From the NCBI GenBank assembly GCA_963804995.1, contig CAWDSK010000003.1, forward strand, positions 32,001-96,000: a DNA stretch of 64,000 nt. The letters run 5' to 3'. The stretch's first letter is position 1. The number at the start of each line of letters is the position of its first letter. Below the pieces are notes generated by a model. It saw only the letters and a program-made list of their open reading frames with translations. It was not told where the DNA came from and did not search any database. Origin of the DNA: an uncultured Acidobacteriota bacterium. GTDB taxonomy: Bacteria > Acidobacteriota > Terriglobia > UBA7540. This document shows positions 32,776 through 43,996 of this stretch, in pieces. The position numbers were made by a program, and so were the translations under genes.

Positions 32776-34412
32776 GAGCCTGTCGGAGATAGATTTTGGC
32801 CGCAGGAGGGATCCAGTCGCAAGATTTTCGGGGGGGGCATTGGATTGATTATTGATAGTTTTAGAAGATGTTGTAAGATGGAGTTATGGGCAAACAGTTT
32901 CGGAGTTGCGATTTAAATCAGGCGTACTTGCTCCCGCCCTCGTTGCAGGATTGGCTGCCGGAGGGTCACCTGGCGCGGTTCGTGGCGGAGGTGGTGGAAG
33001 CCTTAGACCTGTCGGCGATTTACGCGAAGTACGAAGCGGGAGATGGGCGGGGGCTGGCGGCGTACGATCCGCGGATGATGGTCCGGGTGCTGATTTACGG
33101 TTACTGCCGAGGGGTGGCGAGTTCGCGACGGATCGAGCGGGCGACGTACGAGGACGTGGCGTTCCGGTATTTGGCGGCCGACCAGCATCCGGATCACGAC
33201 ACGATCGCGACCTTCCGGCAGGAGCACTTGGTGCCCTTGGCGCAATTGTTCGTGCAGGTGTTGCAGTTGTGCCAGCGGGCGGGCCTGGTGAAGCTGGGGC
33301 ACGTGGCGCTGGACGGGACGAAGATCAAGGCCAACGCCTCGAAGCACAAGGCGATGAGCTACGAGCGGATGGAGAAGGCGGAGAAGGAATTAGCCGCGGA
33401 AGTGCAGGCGCTGCTGGCCGAGGCGGCACGGGTAGACGCCGAGGAAGATGGAAAATATGGGAAGGGTAAGCGCGGCGACGAACTGCCGAAGGAACTGGCG
33501 CGGCGCGAGAGCCGGTTAGAGAAGATTCGGGAGGCGAAGGCGGCACTGGAGCAAGAGGCAAAAGAGGCGGCGGAAAAGAAGCAGGCGGAGGTGGCGGCGC
33601 AATTAAAGGAGCGGGCGAAGCAGGAACGGGAACGGGGGCGGAAGTTCGGGGGCCGACCGCCGCAGGCGCCGGACGCGGAAGCGGCGAAACCGGAGCCCCA
33701 AGCGCAACGGAATTTTACCGACCCGGATTCGCGCATCATGAAGGACGGAGCGACGAAAGAGTTTGTGCAAGCCTATAACGCCCAGGCGGCGGTGGACAGT
33801 CACGCGCAAGTGATCGTGGGGGCGGCGGTGACGCAGGAAGCCAACGACAAGAAGCAGTTGGTACCGATGCTGAAGGAAGTGAAAGCGCAGATGGGGCGAC
33901 CGCCGCGGCAAGCGACGGCGGACAACGGGTATTTCAGCGAGCCCAACGTCACCGATGCGCAGGTGCGGGAGATCGATCTGTTCGTAGCGCCGGACGCTCA
34001 GAAGCACAGCGAGAAACCGCCCGTCACGACCGGGCCTCCGCCCTCCGGGGCCAGCGTGGCCGAGCAGATGCGGCACAAGCTGCGCACGGCGGAAGGACAG
34101 GCGGTTTATAAACTGCGCAAGGCGGTGGTGGAACCGGTCTTTGGACAGATCAAAGAGGCGCGCGGGTTTCGGAGATTCCTGCTGCGAGGACTGAGGAAAG
34201 TGCAGGCGGAATGGCAGATGATCTGTGCCACGCACAACCTGTTGAAACTCTTCCGCTCGGGATGGAGCCCCCAAAGGGCCTGAAAGCGCTGGCCCAACCG
34301 ACCCCGTTGCTCGCGTGGACGGCCTGGCCAGCGTCAAATGCCTAACATTCGGTTCGCGGAGAATGAGAGTCGGTAAAAAGTAAGATTGTGGGGCCGTATC
34401 TCCGACGGGCTC
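32776..34412 (+). mobile_element. IS1182-family insertion sequence
   Basis: TIRs GAGCCTGTCGGAGATA / TATCTCCGACGGGCTC; CTAG on both sides; single transposase. Confidence 0.92.
32886..34283 (+). CDS. IS1182-family transposase
   Basis: LLPPSL.DWLPE.H, SSRRIE, PDH.TIA.FR, DGTKIKANAS, TDPDSRIM, VEPVFG.IK. Confidence 0.95.
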   Translation: MGKQFRSCDLNQAYLLPPSLQDWLPEGHLARFVAEVVEALDLSAIYAKYEAGDGRGLAAYDPRMMVRVLIYGYCRGVASSRRIERATYEDVAFRYLAADQHPDHDTIATFRQEHLVPLAQLFVQVLQLCQRAGLVKLGHVALDGTKIKANASKHKAMSYERMEKAEKELAAEVQALLAEAARVDAEEDGKYGKGKRGDELPKELARRESRLEKIREAKAALEQEAKEAAEKKQAEVAAQLKERAKQERERGRKFGGRPPQAPDAEAAKPEPQAQRNFTDPDSRIMKDGATKEFVQAYNAQAAVDSHAQVIVGAAVTQEANDKKQLVPMLKEVKAQMGRPPRQATADNGYFSEPNVTDAQVREIDLFVAPDAQKHSEKPPVTTGPPPSGASVAEQMRHKLRTAEGQAVYKLRKAVVEPVFGQIKEARGFRRFLLRGLRKVQAEWQMICATHNLLKLFRSGWSPQRA

Positions 34413-37400
34413 CTAGCAGCATACTTTCTTTCCACGGTAGGCCGGTTTGTTTCGCTGCTCATTACACCGCAATCCTTCACGTTCCCACCCTCTCTCCGGC
34501 GGGATTTAGCGTCGGTAGTCACCAAGCGTAAGGTCTTCGGGTCACAAAAACTTAGCATAGGAGGCGCCAGATGAAGAATCATTCTGGGTGGCTTCGGGTG
34601 TGGCTGTGGGCATCCGCTTTTCTTTTCGGAATGCAGCTTGCATTTGGAAGCGTAGGCGGCAGCATTTCCGGGCTCGTCACCGATCCGAGCGGCGCGGTGA
34701 TTGTGGGCGCTGAGGTCGTAGCGCTCAATACCGCGACCGCGATCAAAAATACGAACAAGACGGATACAGCAGGGTTCTACTCATTCCCGACCCTTCCCAT
34801 TGGACCTTACGAGATTCAGGTTCGCCAAACCGGGTTCAAGGAATTCCGTGTCACCGGCTTGGTCATTGACGCCAACGCCGCGTTGCGCGTTGATGCCGTC
34901 CTTCAGGTGGGAACGGTAACACAGGAAGTCAGCGTTTCCGCCACGGCCGTGCAAGTGGACACCACCAGCACCCAAGTGGGAGAGGTGATTGGATCCAACA
35001 CGATGGAAATCGTCCCCTTGAATGGCCGGAGTTTTATCGATCTCATGGCGCTGCAACCGGGCGTGGTTCCGCAAAGCTCCGGTATGTACGGCACCACGAT
35101 TTCAGGGGATCTCAACTCGGGAAACTTCTCGGTCAGCGGGGCGCGCGAATCCGCCAATGGATTTATGCTGAACGGCGGAAACGTCCAAGAGGGCTACTCG
35201 ATGGGCACCGAGATCATTCCTAACCTCAACTCCATCGCGGAATTTCGCATCTTGACCAATAATGCCGACGCCGAATACGGCAACTATGCGGGGGGATTGG
35301 TCAACGCCATCACCAAATCCGGCACCAACCAGTTCCACGGAGATGCCTTTGAATTCGTGCGCAATTACGACCTGGACAGCCGGAACTTTTTCTCCACCGG
35401 CCGCCCGATCTTAAGGAAGAACGAGTTTGGCGGCACGCTGGGTGGACCCATCCGCCACGACAAACTCTTTTTCTTTGTGGACTACCAGGGAAACCGCCAA
35501 GGGGTGGGCACTGAAACCGGTGAGGTTTTGGTCCCCTCCAACCAGGATCTCACGGGTAACCTGTCGGATCAGACGAGCAGTCTCACGGGCACCGTCGTGG
35601 GTCAGAATTTTGCCAATCAGCTCACCCAGAAATTGGGCTACCCCGTGACGGTCAATGAGCCGTATTACACTCCAGGCTGCACCAGCGCGAATTGCGTCTT
35701 CCCCAACGCCGTAATTCCCCAGTCCGCCTGGGCGTCTCCGGCCGCGCCGCTCATCAAATACATCCCTCCACAAAATCATAGCGGTTACTTCGAGACCGCG
35801 GCTTACCCCAACACCTTGCAAGATGACAAGACGAGCGGCCGGCTCGACGCTAACACCCGCATTGGCCTGCTCAGCGGATATTACTTCTACGACGATTATT
35901 CCCAGGTCAATCCCTATCCCAACGCTGATGTTCCTGGCTTCAGCGCCTCGAACGCCGGCCGGGCGCAGAACATCAATTTTGCGGTGACCAAGAACTTTGG
36001 GCCGAGTTCGGTCAACGAATTTCGCCTGAATTACACCCGCTTTGCCGCTGCCAGCGATATCCCTTTACAGGGGATTGGTGTTTCACTCAGCTCGCTGGGG
36101 TTTGTGGAAGGGCCGGGCACGCTGGGCATCTACCCCATCACGCCCGCGCAATATGCCGGCGTCCTCCCGATCTATTTCAACAATTTCACTATTGGTATAC
36201 CTAGTATATCCTATAATTACAACAATACCTATCAGGTGCTTGACAACTTCTCGAAGGTCATCGGAACTCACAGTTTGAAGTTCGGTGGCGAATGGCACTA
36301 CGACTGGATTACCCACAAATCGTATGGAGAACAGATGGGAGAGTTTACCTTCAATGGATCAGAGACAGGTAGTGACTTTGCAGACTTTCTGATTGGAGCG
36401 CCGAGCAGTTACGATCAGGGGCAGCAACTTCCGTTCCATACGCGGACGAAATATTACAGTGCCTACGCACAGGATAGCTGGCGTGCCCAGAAGGACCTGA
36501 CGGTGAACTACGGCGTGCGCTGGGAGTCCAGCAGCCCGTTCTATGAGGCCTTTAACCAGATGGAAGCTTTGAAGTACGGGGAGAGTTCGGTGGTCTTTCC
36601 GGGGTCCCCCACCGGCTGGGTTTTCCCGGGTGATCCCGGCATTCCTACTACGATCGCCCCAACGCGCTGGAACAATTTTGCCCCGCGCATTGGAATAGCG
36701 TATGCGCCCCATGCCGACACGGGGTTCTGGGGAAAGGTCCTGGGCGGAGCGGGCAAGACGAGCATTCGCGCCGCCTTCGGCATTTACTACACCGCCTTCG
36801 AGGACGCGGCGCTGGAGAACGCGGAGGGGGATGCCCCCTTTGGATACTTTTGGTCCAGTGTGGCTCCGCCGGAATTTTCCACACCCTACGTCGATCGGCA
36901 GACGGGTTTCGTGAGGGGTCAGAAATTCCCTGCCCCCTTCCCGCCCACCCGCCCGGTACCCAGCGCCCAGCACCCCGATACGAACGTCGACTGGCCCTCG
37001 TTCCTGCCCATCTCGAGTTCTCCGGTTCTGGGTCGCAATGATACTCTGCCCTACTCCGAGGACTATAACTTAACGATTCAGCGGCAGCTCGGACCCAACA
37101 CGATGCTGAGCGTTGGATACGTCGGCACACAAGGGCACCGGCTGATCTCGCCGGTTGAATCCAACATCGGTAATCCCGCCCTTTGCCTTAGCCTGAGCCA
37201 ATCGAGCGAAGTCATGGGGCCACCGAATGACGCCACCTGCGGTCCCAATGGGGAAAACACTATCTACTATCCTATAACGGGAGGGGTGGTGAACGGTACG
37301 CGCGGGCCCTTCGGGAACGCCTTCGGCAGCAACGACTACTTCAACACCATGGGCAACTCCAATTACAACTCCTTGCAGACGAGTGTGCGGCATTCCTCCG

Positions 37401-37658
37401 GACGCAGCCAGTTCCTGGTGGCCTACACGTACAGCAAGGTGCTCGCTAACGCCTCCTCTTGGGGATCGGGCAATGAAGTGGTTAACCCGCTGAATTACAA
37501 GCTCAGTAAGGCGTTGGCCGCTTTTGACGCGACCAACAACTTTGTGGCGAGCTACAACTATGAGATCCCGTTCGACAAACTGTGGCGCGCCAACCGCCTG
37601 ACCCGGGGCTGGGTGATTACGGGCATCACCCACTTCTCAACCGGCTTGCCGATCCTTA

Positions 37659-38567
37659 GAGCTTATCCGTAAATAATAATTGTCTGTCGCCAGCAGATCA
37701 TGGCCGCGGCTAAGGTTAGTAGGGCGACGTAGCTTTCCTCGGTCTTTTCAAAGCTCACCAACACCTTGCGGTATCGGTTGAGCCAGGAATGGGTCCGCTC
37801 GACCACCCATCGGCGAGCCTTGTAACCGGGGACGATACGTTTTGCTTCCATCTCTTCTCGCTGTTGCTTGATATGCGGCCGGTAGTGGCGGTTCGTGGCC
37901 GCTTGCCGAGCGCGGGATCCCTTGTAACCGGCATCGGCGCAAAGGTGCTGGGGCTTTCTCGGTCGCGGTGCCGGTCGCGCTCTCACCACCTGGTCGAGGG
38001 TGGTGGCCAGCAGCTTCACATCATGCAGGTTGGCTCCGCTGACGGCGAGCGATAGTGGGACGCCACGCCCGTCGACTAACAAACTTCGCTTGCGCCCATT
38101 TTTTTCCCCGATCGGTGGGATTGGGTCCCACACAAGTCAAGGCCAGCGGGGCTTTCACCATCGCTCCGTCGATGCTTTGCCAGTCCCAGGCAATGCCCTC
38201 CAGCTCATCGTACTCGGCCAGCCCCGACCGCCAGAGCGCCAGAAAGAAACCCGCCCGGTGCCACTGTTGAAAATGCTTGTGGACCGCGCTGGCGCTGCCG
38301 AATTCCTTGGGCAAGGCCTTCCACTGACATCCCGTGCGCAGCACATACACAATGGCCGAGAAGATCCGGCGCGCCGGCATTGGCTTCCTCCCACCCCCCG
38401 GCTTCCGCCTATACTTTCGGCCTTTCGACCGCTGTCGAACCGGAATCAGCGGTTCGACTTTCACCCAAAACTCGTCGGATACTTCCCAAGATTTTATCTG
38501 CGGCATCTTGGGTCATAATCATGCATCAAATTGCAGCAGACTTCAATAAGTATTTACGGATAAGCTC
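37659..38567 (-). mobile_element. IS5-family element (IS1031-like: GAG ends, 3-bp TTA duplication), 909 bp
   Basis: Perfect TIRs GAGCTTATCCGTAAATA / TATTTACGGATAAGCTC; TTA at 37656-58 and 38568-70. Confidence 0.93.
37663..38506 (-). CDS. IS5 transposase in two overlapping ORFs, joined by a probable -1 frameshift
   Basis: YVLRTGCQW, SID..., then DGRGVPL, ADAGY, RWVVERTHSWL; GGGGAAAAAAA at ~38099-38109 on the minus strand. Confidence 0.9.
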
Positions 38568-39104
38568 TTATCAGGGAATCCGACGACCACTCCCTGCTCG
38601 GTACTTTAAGTGGAGGTCCGGGCGGTAACGGCGCGGACGAGCCTAACTTCACCCCCGGCAACCTGGCGGGCCACAATCCGCGGACAGCCGTGGCGAGCCA
38701 ACAGATCAATCCGGAATTCAACACGTCGCTGTTCTCCAAGGAAGCGATTGGCACGCTCGGGGACGCCAACCGGCGGTTCTTCCACGGCAATGGCCTCAAT
38801 AACTGGGACATGTCATTGCAAAAGAACATCCGCTTGACCGAGTCGAAGAGGCTGGAGATCCGCGCGGAGTTCTTCAATATCTTCAACCACGCCCAATTCT
38901 CCAATCCGTCGGGCAACATTCTCAGAAGTAGTTTCGGCTTCGCAACCAACGCTAATTCCCCGCGTATCGGGGAACTTGCAGGGAAGTTTTACTTCTAGAC
39001 CGTGCCGAAGCTGAACTGCCCGAGGTCAAGCTGAGGGTTTTTCCAAAACCCTCACTTGGCCTCGGGTTAAACCTTCCGTTCCGATCTAATCGGGGATTCC
39101 CAAT

Positions 39105-39391
39105 AGGGTTGGCGCAGGCTCTAGTTTCGGAGTGCGGCGACTCGTCGCCGCTTTCCCTCGCCGCAACTCGATGCGGGGATACACCGACCGCTGACGAGTC
39201 AGCGGTGGCCAAAGCGGGAGCAAGCTCCCGCACTCCGAAATTTCGCTCAGGGTTGGCGCAGGCTCTAGTTTCGGAGTGCGGCGACTCGTCGCCGCTTTCC
39301 CTCGCCGCAACTCGATGCGGCGATACAATGACCGCTGACGAGTCAGCGGTGCCAAAGCGGGAGCAAGCTCCCGCACTCCGAAATTTCGCTC
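39105..39391. repeat. Tandem duplication (2 x ~144 bp) of a GGAG-type REP doublet
   Basis: Units start at 39105 and 39249. Each contains CGGAGTGCGGCGACTCGTCGCCGCTTT...AAAGCGGGAGCAAGCTCCCGCACTCCG. Confidence 0.9.
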
Positions 39392-39603
39392 CCGATGCCG
39401 AGGGGAGACTTCGCTAATTTGGAAAGCCTCGAATTTACCTCGCCACCTGGTGGCGTCCTGATGAGATCGGGACAGGTGCCGCCGCCCCCGCATAAAATTA
39501 ACTCACCATCCGCGGCTCCCGCAGGAGAGCTATTTCCCCAATAATGGTGTAAAATCGCGATTGTTTCGGGCGGGACAAATTTTCAACAATCTGAGGTGAT
39601 GGT

Positions 39604-40674
39604 ATGCATCGTAGAAACTTCCTCAAGAATTCCGTGGGGGCATTAGCGGGCTTGGGGTCCGTGGGTTTAGATGGGCTGGAAAGCAAAGCGCTTGCGCATC
39701 CTTCCCCGCTGGCGTCTGAGGGTACGGCTGGCCAGATTGGGCGTCCGGTGCGGGTAGTCAGTATTGGCCTCAAAAATCGGACAAAATCCCTGCAGGAGAT
39801 CGCCCAGGTTGTGGACGCCGAGGGCGACCGCGGCGCCGATGTGATTGCTCTGCCGGAAGCGTGGCGAGGCCAGAAGAACGAGGGGACCGAAGAAATCCTG
39901 AACGGTCCGACCGTTACGGCGATGGCGGCACTCGCCAAGAAGCATCACACCTACATCGTCTGCCCCATCGACCGCAAAGATGGCGCGCTGCGCCGCAACA
40001 CCGCCGTGCTTCTGGATCGCACGGGGCAAATCGTTACCATTTACGACAAGGTCTTTCCCTGGACTCCCGAGTTCATGCTCACCCCGCCTGTCACTCCTGG
40101 CGAAGAAGTAGGGTTTCACCAAGCGGATTTCGGCAAGCTGGGTATCGCGATTTGCTTTGACATTGACTTCCCCGAGGTGTGGCGCAGGCTCGCGGACCAG
40201 GGCGCTGAGCTAGTGATTTGGCCGAGCGCATACTCCGGCGGCGCCGCGCTGAAGGCCCATGCCATCCAGCACCACTACTACATCGTGACCGCCACGCAGG
40301 CTCCGGATTGCACCGTCTACGACATCACGGGAGAGGAATTGCTCCACGAGAAGAACCCCACCCTCAACGTCAGCCGCATTACGCTCGATTTAGACCGCGG
40401 GGTCTATGATCGCGACGCCATTGACGGCCGCGAGAAGAGCACGGCCCGGCGCGAAAAGTTCTTCAAGGAGCATGGTGACGACGTGGTGGAGGAAAAGTAT
40501 ATGGAGCGCGAGGATTGGTTCGTGCTCCGTGCCAAACGCCCCGGAGTCAGCTCGCGGGATTTGGCTCGGGAATACGGCTTGGTGGAAAAAGCTGAGTTGG
40601 TCCGCCGCGCCCGTAAGATCACCGATAAGCGCCGCGGCTGGGCCTTCTCCCAAAAAGGGGTGGTGGTTTCGTAA
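39604..40674 (+). CDS. Tat-exported carbon-nitrogen hydrolase (nitrilase superfamily)
   Basis: MHRRNFLK twin-arginine signal; LPE / YDK / ICFD catalytic triad. Confidence 0.9.
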   Translation: MHRRNFLKNSVGALAGLGSVGLDGLESKALAHPSPLASEGTAGQIGRPVRVVSIGLKNRTKSLQEIAQVVDAEGDRGADVIALPEAWRGQKNEGTEEILNGPTVTAMAALAKKHHTYIVCPIDRKDGALRRNTAVLLDRTGQIVTIYDKVFPWTPEFMLTPPVTPGEEVGFHQADFGKLGIAICFDIDFPEVWRRLADQGAELVIWPSAYSGGAALKAHAIQHHYYIVTATQAPDCTVYDITGEELLHEKNPTLNVSRITLDLDRGVYDRDAIDGREKSTARREKFFKEHGDDVVEEKYMEREDWFVLRAKRPGVSSRDLAREYGLVEKAELVRRARKITDKRRGWAFSQKGVVVS

Positions 40675-40693
40675 CTCTGCCAGGAGACACGCT

Positions 40694-41836
40694 ATGTCAA
40701 AGATCAGCCGTCGAGGGTTTGAGCTTGCCATGATGGGCTCGTTGGGAATGCAGTATCTCCATCCTGAGCGGGCTCTGGCATCAGAAGCGGTGGGTGAGTC
40801 TGAGCCCGCCGCCGGGAGCATCGCGGACGTGCCGGGCGTGAAGGTTGGTCATTTCACCGACTCCCGCCGCCCCACGGGTTGCACCGCAGTCCTCTTCGAA
40901 GAGGGTGCGACGGGCGGAGTGGATTTTGACGGCTCCGGCCCCGAAGATTTTCAGGCGGGCATGCTCCAGCCCGGCAGCGCGCTTCAGACCATCTGGGGAA
41001 TCCTCCTGGCTGGCGGGGATTCTTACGGCCTGTCGACCGCGCTCGGCGCCATGCGCTACCTCGAGGAGCGCCATATCGGCGAACACTGGGGTGGCCCGGG
41101 CATGGTAGTACCGTTGGTTGTGGCTTCGATTCTGGATGACCTGAGCGTGGGTGACGGCAGGATTCGTCCGGATGCCGAAAGCGGTTACAAAGCGTGCCAG
41201 ACGGCTTCGACCGGACCGGTGGCGGAAGGGTGCGTGGGGGCAGGCGCCGGGGCCACGGTCGGCACCGGAAGTTATTATGGCGGCCTCAAGATGAAATCCG
41301 GGATTGGAACCGCCAGCATTCGTGTGGGAGACTTTGTAATTGGCGCCATCGTGGCGGTCAATGCCACCGGCGATATCGTGGAATGGCCGAGTGGCAAGGT
41401 CCTAGCCGGAGCCCGGAGCGCGGACGGAAAAGGCTTCGTAAGCATTTCCGATAGCGTGCGGCAGAAAATGGCGCAGCGGTTGGCCAATCGGAGGACCATC
41501 AAGATACGCCCCTCCATGACCCACACCACCATCGGGGTCATTGCCACCAATCTGGATTTCGACAAAGGGGATTTGACCAAGCTTGCCGGGTTGGCAAACA
41601 CCGGGGCCGCCAAGGTCATTAACCCTTACCATACGACGGAAGACGGCGATGTGCTCTATGCCGTCTCGACCAGAAAACTTAAGCTGCCCGGAGAGCAAAA
41701 GCAGCAAGACATCGCGCTGGCGGGAATTATGGGAGCGGAAGTTGCCGCCACCGCCATCATGCGCGCCGCGAAAATGGCCACATCGGTCGAAGGCATTCCC
41801 GCCTATCGCGACTATACGGTGAAGTTGAACCAGTAG
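40694..41836 (+). CDS. Tat-exported P1/S58 (DmpA-like) peptidase
   Basis: SRRGF signal; DVPGVKVGH, TGCT, EGCVGAGAGA, DGD..Y. Confidence 0.88.
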   Translation: MSKISRRGFELAMMGSLGMQYLHPERALASEAVGESEPAAGSIADVPGVKVGHFTDSRRPTGCTAVLFEEGATGGVDFDGSGPEDFQAGMLQPGSALQTIWGILLAGGDSYGLSTALGAMRYLEERHIGEHWGGPGMVVPLVVASILDDLSVGDGRIRPDAESGYKACQTASTGPVAEGCVGAGAGATVGTGSYYGGLKMKSGIGTASIRVGDFVIGAIVAVNATGDIVEWPSGKVLAGARSADGKGFVSISDSVRQKMAQRLANRRTIKIRPSMTHTTIGVIATNLDFDKGDLTKLAGLANTGAAKVINPYHTTEDGDVLYAVSTRKLKLPGEQKQQDIALAGIMGAEVAATAIMRAAKMATSVEGIPAYRDYTVKLNQ

Positions 41837-41920
41837 CACGGCGCAGCCGACCCGCAAAAAAGTCAAAACGCAAAGCGCAAAAGTCAAAGCCGCGAGTGGC
41901 GCGCCCATTTAAACTCATAG

Positions 41921-41989
41921 CCCTCTCCGAGGGGAGAGGGTGGACCGCCGCCGGCGTTTTCATCAGCCGGGGCGGGACGGGTGAGGGGT
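41921..41989. repeat. Half copy of the CCCTCTCC...GGGTGAGGGG palindromic repeat
   Basis: GAGAGGGTGGACCGC..CCGGCG.TTTCA.CAGCCGGGGCGGGACGGGTGAGGGGTC is shared with 49148-49205. Confidence 0.75.
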
Positions 41990-42072
41990 CACTTGGGAAC
42001 AAATTGAGAAGCAGGCAGAGGCAGGCCCGTGTACAATCCTCCCGCAGGCAGGAGTCGAAAACGGGAATACAC

Positions 42073-43976
42073 TTGTCCTACTCCCCTCCGTCGCTGCCGA
42101 CGCAAAACGCGCAAAATGTTCCCGCCCCCACTGATCCCTGGGAGCGGGGCGCTGCCCTGGCCACTGCCTGCGCGGTGTTTGTCTCGGTCTTATCCATCTA
42201 CCTGCTGCTGCGCCCGCCGCTGTTCAACTACGACGGTTACATCTATCGACTTCAGGCGCTCCGGCCCACCCAGAGCGACTCCATCAACCCGCATCACCTG
42301 ATGTGGTATCCCGTTCTAAAAGCGTTCGCCCGGCTAGCCTCGGCCGTCGCATCGCCTTCGCCTGAGGCGTTTCAGCTCTTCGGGATTCTCATCAATTCCC
42401 TGTCGCTAGCGCTATTCTGCCTTCTGCTGGTGCGTCTCACCAACCGGCTGGCTCTCCCCGCGGCAATGACAATCTTCATCGCGTTCTCTCCCCGCATCTG
42501 GAACCTGGGGTTTCAAAACCAGCCCTATCCCCTGCTTGATCTTTCGGTCGTGGTGTTTCTATGGACGCTAGTGTGGTGTCCCGGTAAACATTTGACAAGG
42601 CTTTCCGACCCCCTCACCCCCCAGCCCCTCTCCCCCAAAGGGGCGAGGGGAGAGTTAATTCTCTTGCCCTCGCCCCTTTGGGGGAGAGGGTGGCTGGCCG
42701 AGGCGTTCTCATCAGCCGAGGCCAGACGGGTGAGGGGGTTCTACCCATTGTCAAATCTAACTCGGGACACCACACTAGTGGCAAGCGGTGCGCCCTCGCG
42801 TTGGCGCTGGGCAGCGGGCGGAGTGGCCGTGTTCGCTGCCGTCATGCTGCAACAGGCGATGGCGCTGGTGGTTCCCGCCGTAGCAATCGGGCTAGTCCTG
42901 GCGGGCGCAGGGCCGTGGAAAGACAGATGGAAGCTCGCCGTCCGCTGGGCGGGCGGTATGGCGCTGTCGGTGGCAGCGGCGTATGCCCTGATGGCTCGGG
43001 TGGCAGGGGTAAAGCCGGCAGGGTTTTTGGATTGGACCTTGATGTACCTGCAAGCTCAGCACGGCATCCAGGTGCAGTGGCCGCAATCAGCAATCAAAAG
43101 CGTGATCGGAATGGTCGGCACAGTGCTTGAGACGTCCCGGGTCCGCAATCTATTCGACCCGCAGGAGGGTGGCGAGGTCATCTGGCGCCTGTACGGTGGT
43201 CTGCTGGTGGCAGGCTGCGCAGCGATTGTATTCCTCATCGCCCGTCGCAGTGTGCGGGAGCGACTGATGCGCCTGTCGCGCTCGAACCCGTCGGTCGCAC
43301 CGGTGGTGATGCTGGTGCTCGCCTGGAGTTTGTTCGTGTTCTTCTGGGAGCCGGCCGGCTACTACTGGAGCGTGAACCTGTTTCCTCTGGCTTTCCTGGC
43401 GGCGTTGTGGCTGGGAGGAAGCCCGAAGCGAACCACCCTGATAGTGGCGACCATGTTGTTACTGATTTCGGGCTGGAACGTCTATTGGAACCACCGGCAG
43501 GACCAAGCGTACAGCGTCAACTATCCGCCGCCGTTGCTGGAACAGATTCGCGCCCAGTTGGGGCCGAATGACGTTTTTATCGTGGCGGGAAGGGATTGGT
43601 ATGCCAACCTCGACTACGACCTCCTGCTCGCCTGCCTGGACGATTGGCCAAACGATCCTGCCCTGGCCTTGTTCGATGAATACGTCATGCGGGGTTCCCA
43701 GGAGCCCTGGCAGAAAAGGCTCGACCGCGATATTCAGGCAGCGCTCGCGGCCGGCGGCCGGGTCTACGTCGCCGACCATATCTTCTGGAATGAGTCGTAC
43801 CAGGATTCGAGCGCACCGCCGACCCCTTTTCAGAGTATGCGCGCGCACAGTTTACCGGCGTGGATGGCGAGAGCCTCGAGGGTAAGATTAAGAGTTTCTT
43901 TCGCCGCTACAAGCTGCGCGAGTCCGAATTCAAAATCGCCACGGACAAGTTCTGGGAGCTGAAGCGGATTGAGTAG
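42073..43976 (+). CDS. Multi-pass membrane protein (GT-C-like), with an in-frame 69-codon MITE insertion and a frameshift near 43806
   Basis: YDG.Y, NPHHL, many TM segments. Corrected C-terminus ...KFWELKRIE*. Start approximate. Confidence 0.7.
42571..42775. mobile_element. MITE with ~28-bp imperfect TIRs at a CTAG target, carrying a palindromic repeat doublet
   Basis: CTAG at 42568 and 42775 (207 bp apart); GTGTGGTGTCCCG-N6-ATTTGACAA on both ends. Confidence 0.88.
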
Positions 43977-43996
43977 AGTAATCGGTGGCGAACCTA

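Larger units (their letters stand above)
34571..38998 (+). pseudogene. Oar-like TonB-dependent receptor (carboxypeptidase-regulatory N-domain) interrupted by IS5
   Basis: Signal peptide, DPSGAVI, PLNGR, TKSGTNQFHG, NFAPRIG. Removing the IS restores GLPILIRESDD and continues in frame to ...GKFYF*. Confidence 0.92.

Noticed and set aside
34417..34570. Riboswitch in the receptor leader
   Set aside because: I could not match cobalamin, TPP or other known consensus motifs by eye; an Rfam scan is needed.
39105..39391. CRISPR array
   Set aside because: Two long near-identical units with no unique spacers and no cas genes.
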